Shown here piece by piece: positions 41,778-51,816 of a stretch of DNA of 64,000 nucleotides. The stretch is from Candidatus Poribacteria bacterium (GTDB taxonomy: Bacteria; Poribacteria; WGA-4E; WGA-3G). The stretch is from the NCBI GenBank assembly GCA_963663765.2, contig CAXXUA010000013.1:448001-512000 (forward strand). Reading direction: 5' to 3'. A model generated the notes under the pieces. It saw only the letters and a program-made list of their open reading frames with translations, made no database searches and was not told the DNA's origin. Each line of letters starts with the position of its first letter. Within the stretch, counting starts at the first letter, position 1. Position numbers and translations under genes: made by a program.

Positions 41778-42365
41778 ATGACTTATGTATCAGCGCGCAA
41801 AGCAATTGAGCTGCTGGATTATACACCTGACCATTTACGGAGGTTGGCAAATGAAGGAAAGATTGATATTATCCGCACAGGAGGCGGACACAGACGCTAT
41901 GATGTTGACGGATACATCAAAAGCAAATCCAAATCAATTGCAACTGTTTGCTACTGCAGAGTATCCAGCACAAAGCAAAGAGAAGACCTTGAACGACAAG
42001 TTGAATATATGCGAAGTATCTACCCCGAAGCAGAAGTTATCCGAGACATCGGAAGCGGAATCAACTTCAAAAGAAAAGGGCTTAGAACCTTATTGGAACG
42101 GCTTATGCAAGGTGATAAGCTCAAAGTTGTTATTGCCCATCGGGATAGACTCGCCCGCTTCGGTATCGACCTTATACAATACCTCATTGAACAAAACGGT
42201 GGCGAACTCGTGGTTCTCGATCAAACAGAACACAGTCCGCAAGAAGAACTCACGTCGGATCTTCTCGCAATCCTGCACGTCTTCAGTTACAGAATGCACG
42301 GACTCCGAAGTTACCGTGACAAAATCAAAGAAGATAAGAGTTTATCCGACAACAGAACAATGTGA
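41778..42365 (+). CDS. tnpA: IS607 serine transposase
   Basis: MerR-like HTH; YCRVSS..Q..DL.RQ, DIGSGINFKRKGL and HRDRLARFG motifs. Confidence 0.95.
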   Translation: MTYVSARKAIELLDYTPDHLRRLANEGKIDIIRTGGGHRRYDVDGYIKSKSKSIATVCYCRVSSTKQREDLERQVEYMRSIYPEAEVIRDIGSGINFKRKGLRTLLERLMQGDKLKVVIAHRDRLARFGIDLIQYLIEQNGGELVVLDQTEHSPQEELTSDLLAILHVFSYRMHGLRSYRDKIKEDKSLSDNRTM

Positions 42366-43434
42366 AACACTGCGTCAGTGGTTTGGCACAGCACGTTTTA
42401 CTTATAATAAAACAATTGCTTTGTTGAACGAAACAGACACAAAAGCGAATTGGAAAGCGATAAAAACAGGTATTCTTCACGATCTTCCTGATTGGAGCAA
42501 AGAAACACCGTATCAAGTGAAATCTGTTGCTATCCGTGACGCTTGTATTGCTGTCCGAGAAGCAAAGCGAAAATGCAAGAAAACAGGTCAATATCAGTCT
42601 GTTTTTTTCAAATCCAAACGTCATCCATCAGATAGTATTTTCATACCAAAGTCTGCTATAAAACCTCGCGGTGTTTATCACACAGTGCTTGGTGATCTCA
42701 AAATGTCAGAGATGTTACCTGATAATATCTGTGACTCACGCCTCGTGAAAGAGAATGATAAATACTATCTCTGTGTTTCCTATACTGTGACAACTCCGAA
42801 GCGAAAACCAAACGGAAGTGTTGTTGCTTTAGACCCTGGCGTGAGAACATTCCTCACATATTTCCATGAGCGTGGTTTCGGATGGCTTGGACACCATGCT
42901 ATCAATCGGATTCAAAGACTTTGTTCATACCTTGATAATCTTTTATCCCGTGCAATAAAAGCGACACAACAATCACGCAAGAATATGAGACGTGCTGCAA
43001 ATCGCATCAGAAAACGTATCAGATATCTTGTTGACGAGTTGCATCATAAAATAGCACGTTTCCTTGTGGATACCTTTGATATTATCCTACTCCCTACTTT
43101 TGAGACTTCAGATATGGTAATGCGTGGAAACCGCAAACTACACAAGAAGTCTGCCCGACAAATGTTGACACTGTCGCACTACAGATTCAAACATTTTCTA
43201 AAGCACAAAGCGAAAGAGACTGGATGTCTCGTCATTGATGTCTGTGAAGCATACACATCAAAAACAGTTTCGTGGAATGGTGAGATTAGAAAATCACTCG
43301 GTGGACGAAAGATAATAAAAGATAGCATGGGACTCAAGATGGACAGAGACTTGAATGGCGCACGCGGGATATTTTTGCGTGCTTTGGTAGATGAACCCTG
43401 GTTGCTTTCTATAAGCAACTTGCAAACCGTATAA
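42316..43434 (+). CDS. tnpB: RNA-guided nuclease TnpB with rearranged (Fanzor-like) RuvC
   Basis: KIRVYPT..Q...WFG.AR..YN, ALDPG, LPTFE, CEAYTSKT and DRDLNGARGI motifs; the GTG start is inferred. Confidence 0.9.
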   Translation: MTKSKKIRVYPTTEQCETLRQWFGTARFTYNKTIALLNETDTKANWKAIKTGILHDLPDWSKETPYQVKSVAIRDACIAVREAKRKCKKTGQYQSVFFKSKRHPSDSIFIPKSAIKPRGVYHTVLGDLKMSEMLPDNICDSRLVKENDKYYLCVSYTVTTPKRKPNGSVVALDPGVRTFLTYFHERGFGWLGHHAINRIQRLCSYLDNLLSRAIKATQQSRKNMRRAANRIRKRIRYLVDELHHKIARFLVDTFDIILLPTFETSDMVMRGNRKLHKKSARQMLTLSHYRFKHFLKHKAKETGCLVIDVCEAYTSKTVSWNGEIRKSLGGRKIIKDSMGLKMDRDLNGARGIFLRALVDEPWLLSISNLQTV

Positions 43435-43495
43435 GATGTGAAATGCACAGCATTGCACGGAAATATACAGGTTAATATCATCGGTAGGAGTAAAC

Positions 43496-44500
43496 ATGAA
43501 TAGACCACCAGAAGAGTTTGTAAATGTAACAGAAAACCGACTGTTTAAGTTCAGCACCACATGCTTTGAAAAAGCAGGTCTCACCCATGAACACGCGGCA
43601 CTCATTAGCCGTTTGCTTGTGAATTCCGACTTACGCGGTGTCCGTAGCCACGGCACGCGCACAGTCAACGGCTACTGTAACGGATTTGAAAACGGAAGTC
43701 TCAATCCAAATCCCAATGTCACTGTCATCCATGAAACACCCACTGCTGTTGTTCTTAATGGTGATGGCACACTCGGTTACCTTCCAATGGTCCGTGCGAC
43801 TGAACGTGCTATCATAAAGGCAAAAAAGGTCGGTATCGGGATGGGACTCGTACGTTATATAGGACACTACGGTTCCGCAGGCCATTATGCACGACTCTGT
43901 AATGAAGCGGGTTGCATCGGTTTTTCAGTACAAGGCTATCAGAACCACGGCAACGCTGGAAATAGTGACAATAAACCACAACTCGGATATTATGGTAACC
44001 CACCGATATGTTTTGCAATAACATCAGGTGACGAACCTCCTGTCGTACTTGACGCAGCGACTTGCATCATGGCAGACTACCAACGCGGACCGGAATTTGA
44101 TGAACTACTTTCAATGATCCCAGCAGCATTCTTTAAGAGTATCGGTTATACCGCTGTGGCGTGCCTACTCGGCGGCGCATTAACTGGCTTCACCGAACCC
44201 GCACCAGAAGAAACCGCAAAATGGAGCGGTGTGCGTCATGGCGGCATGGTACTGGCAATTCATATTGAATCTGTTGTTCCACCGGATCTCTTCCATGCCG
44301 AAGTCGATCGCTTGGTGCGCGATGTCCGACAAACCTACGAACCCTTGCCAGGAACCGATCAAGCATTTTTACCTGGTGCAATCGAAGAGGAACGAACAAA
44401 ACTACATCGACAAAACGGTATACGTTATGGTGAAATGGAACAGTCATCCGCTCGCGCTGTAAGCAAACGCCTCGGTGTTCCATTGCCTTGGGAAGAATAA
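43496..44500 (+). CDS. Ldh_2-family (malate/L-lactate dehydrogenase type 2) oxidoreductase
   Basis: DLRGVRSHG, H.G.AG.Y, GNPP and LPG motifs. Confidence 0.9.
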   Translation: MNRPPEEFVNVTENRLFKFSTTCFEKAGLTHEHAALISRLLVNSDLRGVRSHGTRTVNGYCNGFENGSLNPNPNVTVIHETPTAVVLNGDGTLGYLPMVRATERAIIKAKKVGIGMGLVRYIGHYGSAGHYARLCNEAGCIGFSVQGYQNHGNAGNSDNKPQLGYYGNPPICFAITSGDEPPVVLDAATCIMADYQRGPEFDELLSMIPAAFFKSIGYTAVACLLGGALTGFTEPAPEETAKWSGVRHGGMVLAIHIESVVPPDLFHAEVDRLVRDVRQTYEPLPGTDQAFLPGAIEEERTKLHRQNGIRYGEMEQSSARAVSKRLGVPLPWEE

Positions 44501-44502
44501 CC

Positions 44503-45612
44503 ATGCAACTCAAGTGCAGTCAATGTAACACAACTTACAAGGTCACACCCTTACGGTACAAATGCGATTGTGGTTCTCCACTAACTTTACAAAAAGACAC
44601 TTCACATCCCAACAAATGGGATGCTTCCACAACCTCACTTTGGCGTTACCGCAATACACTACCTATTTCACCTGACACAGAAATAATCACACTTGGTGAA
44701 GGCATAACCCCTATCATTCAGTTAGACAGATCGGACGACTCAGAACACTTTGTAAAACTGGATTATCTTTGTCCATCCGGTTCCTACAAAGATCGGGGCG
44801 CATCTGTTCTTATCACATATCTCAAATCAATGGGTGTTACTGAAGTCGTTGAAGACTCTTCCGGAAATGCCGGAGCTGCAATTGCTGCTTATAGTGCAAG
44901 AGCAGGTATTCACTGCACAATCTACTGTCCAGAGTCCACTTCAAAAAGCAAACTTAAACAAATTGCTGTTTACGGTGCTGAAAAAGAACTCGTTCCCGGG
45001 AACCGCATGGCAACCACAGAAGCAGTGAAACTGGCAGCAGAAAACATTTGTTATGCCTCCCACAACTGGCATCCCGTCTTCTTGGAGGGGACAAAAACAA
45101 TTGCTTATGAAATCGTAGATCAGTTTAATGGTAGTGTACCATCACATGTGCTATGTCCTGTAGGGTTTGGAAGCATCTATCTGGGTTTATATATTGGTTT
45201 TCGGGAAATGTGCGATGAGGGTATTATTGATACTGTTCCACGTTTGCTGGGTATTCAACCTGAAACCTGTTGTCCGATATACCGTGCTTATAAGAATAGA
45301 ACTGACTCTATCTCAAGAATGCCACAAAACGGAGAAACCCTTGCAGAAGGTATTACTGCCGAACTCCCCATCCGAGACAAGATGATAATGGATGCAATAC
45401 GAGAAACTAACGGTGCTTTTACTACTGTAACCGATGTAGAAATCAAGTATGGTTTGAAATATTTAGCACAAAAAGGCATCTATGTTGAACCTACTTCTGC
45501 TGTCGTAATTAGGGGATATGAAAAGTTTCAAGAGGAGGGTACAATCAGCAAAAACGACACATCCATCTCAATACTCACGGGGAGTGGATTAAAATCAAGC
45601 GAAGTTTCCTAA
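44503..45612 (+). CDS. Threonine synthase-like PLP enzyme
   Basis: PSGSYKDRG, SSGNAG, EPTSA and TGSGLK motifs; N-terminal Cys ribbon. Confidence 0.88.
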   Translation: MQLKCSQCNTTYKVTPLRYKCDCGSPLTLQKDTSHPNKWDASTTSLWRYRNTLPISPDTEIITLGEGITPIIQLDRSDDSEHFVKLDYLCPSGSYKDRGASVLITYLKSMGVTEVVEDSSGNAGAAIAAYSARAGIHCTIYCPESTSKSKLKQIAVYGAEKELVPGNRMATTEAVKLAAENICYASHNWHPVFLEGTKTIAYEIVDQFNGSVPSHVLCPVGFGSIYLGLYIGFREMCDEGIIDTVPRLLGIQPETCCPIYRAYKNRTDSISRMPQNGETLAEGITAELPIRDKMIMDAIRETNGAFTTVTDVEIKYGLKYLAQKGIYVEPTSAVVIRGYEKFQEEGTISKNDTSISILTGSGLKSSEVS

Positions 45613-45635
45613 TTCGCACTTGATGTGAAGAAAAT

Positions 45636-48161
45636 CTATCTAATTACTGCTAATTTGTGGATACTTTCACTCTTTTCATCCTCAAGATCAGCACGTATTT
45701 TATAGAAATATACACCGTTAGCAAGTGGAACACCTTCCGCATCTTCTGCTTCCCATGTCGCCTCGTTGTATCCTTCTTTAGCAGACACATCCTTTATTTC
45801 ATGAATTCGCCTACCAGATGCTGTATAAATCGTAATCTTCACCTCATCGGCATCAAGTGACAACTGATAGGTAAATGTTGTTTTCTGCTTAATCGGGTTC
45901 GGAAAGTTATAGACTTGACTGATACGAAAATCGGTCCCTTCTGGCATAAAATCACTGTCATGCTTTAGTAATAATCTGTAGTCATAATTGGATAATAATG
46001 CCACCTCTCTTTTGAGTGTATTCACCAATTCTACTTCGTTTGTCTGGTGTGAATATCCAAATAAAGGACCAAACTCCTCAAACACGGTAATTATAGGCTG
46101 CATTGACCTTGAAAACTCGGCAGCACTGGTAAGTTTAGCTTTAACAGCATTACCTTTGTTGGCTTCATAACCGAGTGCAACCGCTTCAACCAGTTTCTCG
46201 CGACTCTGAAACAACAGCACCCACAGATTCATCAAGTGCACCGCATCATTTAAGTCTTGTGCTGCTTCAACATCAACAGGTTCAGCAAGTTCACGCGCTA
46301 ACCACATCTCATTCGCTGCGCGTTGCTGCGGTGCAAGAAGTGCTGTAAATCTTTCCACAGAAGTCTGTGCTATTTTCAATTCCGGTATTGCCAAAGTATT
46401 TTCTATTGCACCTGGACCAATCAAATTCCAAAACCTTGTGGCTAATCCAGCCGAACCGGTTCCATAACTTCCACCGATTGATATAGAACTTGCATAGTCT
46501 GAAAAATAGCTTGCCAAAGTATTACCATTGACACGGAGTGAATTCAGCATCAACTCTCCTGCTTCCTTGTTCCCATAACGCGTAACTAATTCATTCTGCA
46601 TGAGTTGAAAATAGTCTGTCTGTATATCCCAATTCATACGCGCACTAACGATTCTATCAAGGTATCCCAAACCTTCCGCTGCTCCTTGCACAGTAAATCC
46701 ACTTAACCCAAGAACATCATTTGAGGTTGCAAGTTGCCTCACACCTTGTACGAACAGATCACTCTCAATCATCCAAAACGGCATTACCTCCTCAACATCA
46801 TGCGAAAGTACGATGTATCGATGTCCCATTTCTCCAAGGGCATTCATCTGTGGAATGGATATATTTGGATCTACCACAGGTTCACCGTCAGCACCCCATT
46901 TTTGTGAGAAAATCGTGCCTTTAGGCAACTGTCGCGCATAATCACCATCAGGATCATGCAACCAACTTCTATTATAACCTGAAATGTAAAACTTGAAATC
47001 GGGTCGTATCTCACGTGCTGCGTTGATTATCGTAAAGTATACTTCCCAAAGTTTGGCTTGTCCTTCGGGAGAACGATCCCCACATTCACTACAATTACAG
47101 GCTCGAGTCTCGTGTCCCCATGACCGAAGGTGAAACCCAGCTAATGCAGGATAGGTCTTAACAATCTCCTGTGTCAACTCACGTGCTAACGTATGAAATT
47201 CTGGCTTCGTCCAACAAAAGGGACGGTAAGAGACCTCGTTCCTTGATGCCCCATATAAAACCTCTGGTCCCAAAAGTTCTGGACGAGTCTGAATTAGTGC
47301 TTCTGTCGGTTCACCTGTAATATATAGGAATAGGTACGCGTCTATACCTCGATCGTTTAACGCGTTAAAGCGATTTTTAAGCGATTGTATTCTATTCAAT
47401 CGTTGTACACGCGGTTCATCTTGATACGTTGAAAAGCTAGGTGAATCAACATATTTGAATGCGGTACCGAATCCGTCTTCAATTCCGGTTCCTGTCCAAA
47501 CACCTTCTCCTCCGCTCATATTCACACGCTGCCTTGCAAGCCAATCCGGATCATCAATTTCTAATACGGCACGAACAGGAAAAAATGGACGCGATGTCTC
47601 ATCAATGAAGGGGACGTGCAATGAGGATACAGGGGTAACTACTATATTCGGATGGACAGATGTGAGTCCAGTCAATGCAGTAATACATGCTTCTATGAAC
47701 CCATAAGTACCATATATCACCCCACGTGATGTATGCGCAGCCACGATGATAACAAACTCTGTACCAAGGTCAACGGATTTTATCTGGTAACCTTCATCAC
47801 CAATTTCATTTGGTAAATCGAATTCTGTTTCAGATTGAAGTGCGCGAATTGTGGGGTTAGAATTAGGGGTACCTAAGACAATTACAGATCGTGTTGTGGT
47901 AGGTTGTTGGTTGGTGTGTAGGGGTAGACGTGCCCCCGTAAATTTTTCTATAAAGGTTTGGATTTCAGATGCAGCAAACTTTTCTTGAGGGGATGTATTC
48001 GCTCCGATCTGTACAGTTGCCATCGGTTCACCCGACATCACGATAGGCACCTCTGCAGCATTTAATTGTGGTATAAACAGCAACAGACAGAAAAATGTCA
48101 ACAGGATAAATATTATAACATTACAACATCGTATAACATAAGTATTAGTGTGCATGCTCAT
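45636..48161 (-). CDS. Secreted putative glycoside hydrolase with C-terminal FlgD-Ig/T9SS-like domain
   Basis: GH20/67-like N-domain (EGY.I...RG.IYG); C-terminal NFPNP...LANGVYFY. Confidence 0.65.
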   Translation of the reverse strand: MSMHTNTYVIRCCNVIIFILLTFFCLLLFIPQLNAAEVPIVMSGEPMATVQIGANTSPQEKFAASEIQTFIEKFTGARLPLHTNQQPTTTRSVIVLGTPNSNPTIRALQSETEFDLPNEIGDEGYQIKSVDLGTEFVIIVAAHTSRGVIYGTYGFIEACITALTGLTSVHPNIVVTPVSSLHVPFIDETSRPFFPVRAVLEIDDPDWLARQRVNMSGGEGVWTGTGIEDGFGTAFKYVDSPSFSTYQDEPRVQRLNRIQSLKNRFNALNDRGIDAYLFLYITGEPTEALIQTRPELLGPEVLYGASRNEVSYRPFCWTKPEFHTLARELTQEIVKTYPALAGFHLRSWGHETRACNCSECGDRSPEGQAKLWEVYFTIINAAREIRPDFKFYISGYNRSWLHDPDGDYARQLPKGTIFSQKWGADGEPVVDPNISIPQMNALGEMGHRYIVLSHDVEEVMPFWMIESDLFVQGVRQLATSNDVLGLSGFTVQGAAEGLGYLDRIVSARMNWDIQTDYFQLMQNELVTRYGNKEAGELMLNSLRVNGNTLASYFSDYASSISIGGSYGTGSAGLATRFWNLIGPGAIENTLAIPELKIAQTSVERFTALLAPQQRAANEMWLARELAEPVDVEAAQDLNDAVHLMNLWVLLFQSREKLVEAVALGYEANKGNAVKAKLTSAAEFSRSMQPIITVFEEFGPLFGYSHQTNEVELVNTLKREVALLSNYDYRLLLKHDSDFMPEGTDFRISQVYNFPNPIKQKTTFTYQLSLDADEVKITIYTASGRRIHEIKDVSAKEGYNEATWEAEDAEGVPLANGVYFYKIRADLEDEKSESIHKLAVIR

Positions 48162-48912
48162 GCCCTAACCCAGGAATAAAAAACAGTGTGCATAATGTTA
48201 GAATCAATCCAATAACAAATGAAATTTTGGTAGAATTACTCATCTTGCCATCTGATGGAATACAACCTCCCCGAAGTCCATCCATCACAACATGTATGAG
48301 TGTACCTGCAGCAAACGCAGTAAGATAGTCTGTAAACTCTATAAATATCCTTTGTTGTAAACGTTCACCCAGTATAGCACCTACAATAGGTGCTATCATA
48401 AGCGGTGATAGTTGCATCAATGTATGTGAAATACCGTACCTTGTTCTTAATGCTGCTGTTAACACTGTTGCCACAGGTAATCGGTGCAACAATACTCCAA
48501 GTGCAAGTATAATACCATCTTCATGGGCTTTTGCTGCAACACTTAGATTGAAACCATCAACAATCGCATGTATTGATAAACCTATAAGGCTAATGTGTAC
48601 TCCCCAATTGATACTCTTTTTAGACTCTTCTTGATTTTCAATACGTTCTTGTATCCGTTGCGTGATAAATTCAAGCAACCATATCAGTAGAAACCCACAC
48701 CACACTAATAAAATAGTAAGATAGTCAATCTTGATTGGGTGCAATTCTTTCAATGCAAGATGATAAATAAGTAACAAAACAAATCCAAGCACAATTCCAG
48801 CAGTAAAACCAAAAATTATTTGGAATTCAACCTGTTTATCGTTATAATAAATAGCAATTGTTGCACCAAGCAACACTGTTACAGTTGCAACTATTAAGTA
48901 GAATATAAGCAT
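48145..48912 (-). CDS. ZIP-family metal transporter
   Basis: GLSIHAIVDG, LLHRLP and FAAGT.IHV motifs. Confidence 0.8.
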   Translation of the reverse strand: MLIFYLIVATVTVLLGATIAIYYNDKQVEFQIIFGFTAGIVLGFVLLLIYHLALKELHPIKIDYLTILLVWCGFLLIWLLEFITQRIQERIENQEESKKSINWGVHISLIGLSIHAIVDGFNLSVAAKAHEDGIILALGVLLHRLPVATVLTAALRTRYGISHTLMQLSPLMIAPIVGAILGERLQQRIFIEFTDYLTAFAAGTLIHVVMDGLRGGCIPSDGKMSNSTKISFVIGLILTLCTLFFIPGLGHEHAH

Positions 48913-48957
48913 AGTAAATAATAATATCAAATTTTTTGTTTTATTTCAAGATAAACT

Positions 48958-49011
48958 ATGTTATACTTTATACATAACATTTTATATGTACATAGTTTTT
49001 ACATATAAAAT
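48958..49011. promoter_or_regulatory. Two adjacent palindromes in the divergent ZIP/TBDR promoter region
   Basis: ATGTTAT-N9-ATAACAT and ATTTTATATGTA-N9-TACATATAAAAT. Confidence 0.45.
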
Positions 49012-49099
49012 TGTTCAGATTATCAGTATTTAGCGTTAATTTGTTCCTTTATGTTCAAATTTTATTTACGCTTAAACAAAACCTAAGGAGTCTGATTTT

Positions 49100-51685
49100 A
49101 TGAAAGTCAAACTTAATCGTAAACCTTTTCTGCTTGCTCTGTTATTTGCTTTAGCAGTAGGTTTAATCTTTTTACCAAACGTAATTGCACAAGAAGAAGG
49201 TGCAGAAGAGACTGAAGCAGAATCTACTGAAGATGATGCTGTTGAAGTTGAGAATGTTGTGGTTGTTGGAAACCGTCTAAAACCTCGTTCAGTTCTTGAA
49301 TCTGCAGTACCAATTGATATTGTTTCAAATGAAGATTTTCAGAAACAGGGCGGAACCGATCTACCCAATCTTTTGAGAACACTGGTTCCATCCTATAATG
49401 TTAACACACAACCTATTAGTGATGCAGGCACAATTGTACGTCCCGCGAACCTGCGTGGGTTAGCACCTGACCATACACTCGTGCTAATTAACAACAAGAG
49501 ACGGCACCGTGCTGCTGTTATTCACTGGCTCGGAAATGGATTGGCTGATGGGGCACAGGGACCCGATCTGTCTCCAATTCCATCAATTGCATTGCAGCAG
49601 GTTGAAGTGTTGCGTGATGGTGCATCCGCCCAATACGGGTCTGATGCAATTGCTGGTGTGATGAACTTCCAACTGAAAGATAATATTCAAGGTGGAAGTC
49701 TTGAATTCAAACCCGGTATCTATCAATACGGTGACGGACGACAGTTCGCTGTCGCAGGAAACATCGGTTTAGGTACGCCTGAAACATGGGCAAATCTCAG
49801 CTTAGAATATGGCGCAGCAGACCCCACTATCCGGTCAGTACAACGTCGGGACGCAACAGCATTACTCGCTGCAGGAAATATGGATGTCAGAGACCCAGCT
49901 CAAATTTGGGGACAGCCGATTGTTGATGGTGATATGAAGTTCTTTGCAAACTACGGCAGCACACTCAACGATGAACTTGAATTCTACGGATATACCAACT
50001 ACGCAAGCAAACGGGTAGAAGGTGGATTCTATTACAGAAATCCAAATACACGTAGTGGTGTGTTTAGTAAAGATAGTGGAGAAACGTTACTGGTTGGAGA
50101 TCTGAGAGGATTACCTGAAGGCGTTGATCCAACTGAAGACGATATTCCCATCGTTGATGATAAACCAGATGCAGAAGCATTAGAAATCGTCCTGAATGAT
50201 CCCAATTTATGGACCTTCCAAGAAATGTTTCCTGGTGGTTTTACGCCCCGATTCGGTGCGAATATGGTTGATAGTGCAGTACTTCTTGGTGTTAAAGGCA
50301 CTGCTCTTGAAGAGTCCTTAGGAAATCCACTTGCTTGGGATTTAAGTGCATACTTTGGAAGAAATCATGCTGATTACTTTATCTTCAATACCGTAAATGC
50401 TTCACTGGGACCGGATACACCCACTGACTTTAATCCTGGTGACTACATTCAAACCGATTATAACCTTAACTTTGATGTGACTTATCCTGTGCATGAAATG
50501 GTAGACATTGCCGCTGGATTGGAATATCGAAATGAGGGGTTTGAAATCGTAGAAGGACAAAAAGAATCCTGGGAAATCGGACCATTAGCCAAGCAAGGTT
50601 TTACGCCTGCTTCTAATGGATTCTCTGGATTTGGTCCTGATGCTGCTGACGTGTGGACCCGATATAACATCGCAGCCTATATTGAAGGTGAAATCACACC
50701 TCTCGATAACTGGCTCATAGCAGTTGCTGTTCGCGGTGAAGATTTTGAAGATTTCGGTAGTACAGTCAACTACAAAGTGGCTACCAACTACGGCATCACC
50801 GAAAACATGAAACTACGTGGTAGCTACAGTACTGGGTTCCGTGCACCAACACCGGGACAACAGAACGCATTCAACATTACCACTGAATTTGATTTTGATT
50901 TGGGAGACTTGGTGAATACATCCACTGTCCCATCAACACATGAAGCTTCGGCATTATTCGGTGGAGAAGCACTTCAGCCCGAAACTTCACAGAACTTCAC
51001 TGGTGGATTAACAGTTGAAATCCTTGACGTGAATTTCACTGTTGACTTCTTCGATATTCGGATGAAAGACCGTTTGTCACTATCTCAAGAGTTCACATTA
51101 GAAGCTGATCACAAGGCTCAACTTGATGATCCAACATTAGATAAAATCCGTTTCTTTACAAACGACTTTGATTCCATTACCCAAGGAATTGACGCCGTTG
51201 TAACAATTCCAGTTCTTGATGGTAATGTATTCGTTATCTATAACTTCACACAGACTGAGGTTGTTGAAGAATCGGTAGATGAACGGACAATCGATGCTGA
51301 CCGGATTCAAGAGTTAGAGAATAACTTGCCAAAACATCGAGCAAGTCTGACAGTTGCGCAACCGTTCTTGGACAACTTCGGTGTACTGGCTCGTGGCAGC
51401 TACTGGGGTGACTGGTATGATTCTGAAGATGATGCAACTTACACCGGCAAGTTTGTTGTAGACCTTGAGTTTACATATACTACCGAAAGTCGTGTAACTT
51501 TCTCCTTAGGTGGAACGAATATTCTTGACACCTATCCCGATGAAAATCCTGCGTATTCAGAAGATACGCCAGCGACTACAGATGAAGGTTATAATGCCCC
51601 TGACATCGGAAACCAATACGGACAATTCAGTCCTTTCGGGTTTGATGGGGCGTACTGGTATGCAAAAGTTGGATATAGTTTCTAA
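49100..51685 (+). CDS. TonB-dependent receptor
   Basis: TonB box ENVVVVG; plug VEVLRDGASAQYGSDAIAGV; terminal Phe. Confidence 0.95.
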   Translation: MKVKLNRKPFLLALLFALAVGLIFLPNVIAQEEGAEETEAESTEDDAVEVENVVVVGNRLKPRSVLESAVPIDIVSNEDFQKQGGTDLPNLLRTLVPSYNVNTQPISDAGTIVRPANLRGLAPDHTLVLINNKRRHRAAVIHWLGNGLADGAQGPDLSPIPSIALQQVEVLRDGASAQYGSDAIAGVMNFQLKDNIQGGSLEFKPGIYQYGDGRQFAVAGNIGLGTPETWANLSLEYGAADPTIRSVQRRDATALLAAGNMDVRDPAQIWGQPIVDGDMKFFANYGSTLNDELEFYGYTNYASKRVEGGFYYRNPNTRSGVFSKDSGETLLVGDLRGLPEGVDPTEDDIPIVDDKPDAEALEIVLNDPNLWTFQEMFPGGFTPRFGANMVDSAVLLGVKGTALEESLGNPLAWDLSAYFGRNHADYFIFNTVNASLGPDTPTDFNPGDYIQTDYNLNFDVTYPVHEMVDIAAGLEYRNEGFEIVEGQKESWEIGPLAKQGFTPASNGFSGFGPDAADVWTRYNIAAYIEGEITPLDNWLIAVAVRGEDFEDFGSTVNYKVATNYGITENMKLRGSYSTGFRAPTPGQQNAFNITTEFDFDLGDLVNTSTVPSTHEASALFGGEALQPETSQNFTGGLTVEILDVNFTVDFFDIRMKDRLSLSQEFTLEADHKAQLDDPTLDKIRFFTNDFDSITQGIDAVVTIPVLDGNVFVIYNFTQTEVVEESVDERTIDADRIQELENNLPKHRASLTVAQPFLDNFGVLARGSYWGDWYDSEDDATYTGKFVVDLEFTYTTESRVTFSLGGTNILDTYPDENPAYSEDTPATTDEGYNAPDIGNQYGQFSPFGFDGAYWYAKVGYSF

Positions 51686-51702
51686 ATCATTATCCTAAAT
51701 TC

Positions 51703-51753
51703 TTGTAGGCGTGAATGTCTATTATCCAAAATAATAGACATTCACGCCTACAA
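51703..51753. terminator. Perfect 23-bp-stem hairpin (GTAG...CTAC, REP-like)
   Basis: ttgtaggcgtgaatgtctattat-ccaaa-ataatagacattcacgcctacaa. Confidence 0.75.
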
Positions 51754-51816
51754 TACGTTAGTTAGATCAGTTGTTAATACAAACATTTCTAATGCAAAAA
51801 GGGGGAGATTTGAACA

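Larger units (their letters stand above)
41708..43484 (+). mobile_element. IS607-family element (ends approximate)
   Basis: tnpA plus tnpB; both candidate junctions read GGTAG, consistent with IS607 GG core usage. Confidence 0.8.
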
